DNA from: Octopus sinensis
Taxonomy: Eukaryota
Direction of reading: 5' to 3'
NCBI RefSeq assembly: GCF_006345805.1
Contig: NC_043008.1
Coordinates: 10,292,001-10,356,000 of the forward strand
DNA length: 64,000 nt
Numbering within the stretch: position 1 is the stretch's first letter; each line of letters begins with the position of its first letter. Below are positions 63,467 through 64,000 of the stretch, piece after piece. The notes beneath the pieces were generated by a model. It ran no database searches. It saw only the letters and a program-made list of their open reading frames with translations, and had not been told where the DNA came from. Made by a program: the position numbers and the translations under genes.

Positions 63467-63864
63467 TCTTTATATATAAGAGTGAAGTTGTGTGTCTGTC
63501 TCCTACGATTTAGATTCGTAACTACTCCCACATTTTGCGGTGCAGTTTAACCAAAAGCAGGTATCTTATAGTCGTGATTCATATCGAGCCCTTCTGGGTA
63601 TTAGCGCACGTCCACGATGAGTCTACGATTTAAAAAAAATTTACCATCATATTTTTCCCTTTTAATGCATTTTTTCGCTATTATATAAGGGAAGTAACTC
63701 TCTAAAAATATCTACGATGTGTCAACAATTAAAAAAAAAAATTACCTTAATTTTTTTTCAATTTTTAATGCATTTTTTTGCTATTTTTTGGCTATAACTC
63801 TCTAAAAATGCTTATATAGTTATTTCCCTTACAAACCCAGAGCAACGCCGGGCGATACTGCTAG
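63467..63864 (+). mobile_element. Non-autonomous Helitron H2 (398 bp, internal duplication)
   Basis: A|TCTTTATATATAAG...AGCAACGCCGGGCGATACTGCTAG|T; about 97 bp longer than the 8898 copy because of a repeated internal block. Confidence 0.88.
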
Positions 63865-63936
63865 TATATATATATATTTACAACTATTAAATTTTTCCAT
63901 GGGTATGGGTAAGCATTCCATTTATGTCTTACGTAT

Positions 63937-63997
63937 TTATCTCTGAAGAGGGGAAAATTCTTATGAATTAACCCCGAAATTGGGACCAATACGGTAA
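63937..63997 (+). ncRNA. Type I hammerhead ribozyme with intact core
   Basis: TTATC-T-CTGAAGA-GGGG[AA.AATTC.TTAT.GAATT.AA]CCCC-GAAA-TTGG[GA]CCAA-TA-C-GGTAA; all core positions canonical and three stems form. Confidence 0.7.
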
Positions 63998-64000
63998 TAA

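Overview
AT-rich, repeat-dense eukaryotic genomic DNA, most likely an octopus or another coleoid cephalopod. This is an inference from the SINE families, microsatellite load and gene sequence. Almost all ORFs in the supplied track are artefacts of microsatellites or SINEs. One real gene is supported: three spliced + strand coding exons (16810-16901, 24765-24941, 39935-40280) join in frame into a 204-aa C-terminal part of a TPRG1/TPRG1L (Mover, hSac2-domain) protein. The N-terminal exon was not found. The rest of the window is a mosaic of several tRNA-derived SINE families, RTE and CR1 LINE 3' ends, Penelope-like (PLE) fragments, mariner fragments, non-autonomous Helitrons, piggyBac-, hAT- and GG-ended MITEs, a 259-bp foldback and large microsatellites. 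The most notable observation is about nine minimal type I hammerhead-ribozyme-like motifs. One of them lies inside a complete tRNA-headed SINE bounded by a 12-bp target-site duplication (17178-17688), i.e. a Pol III-type retroposon carrying a hammerhead. Several others lie in sense orientation inside the TPRG1L introns. All structures were derived by eye; no folding, search or expression data were available.
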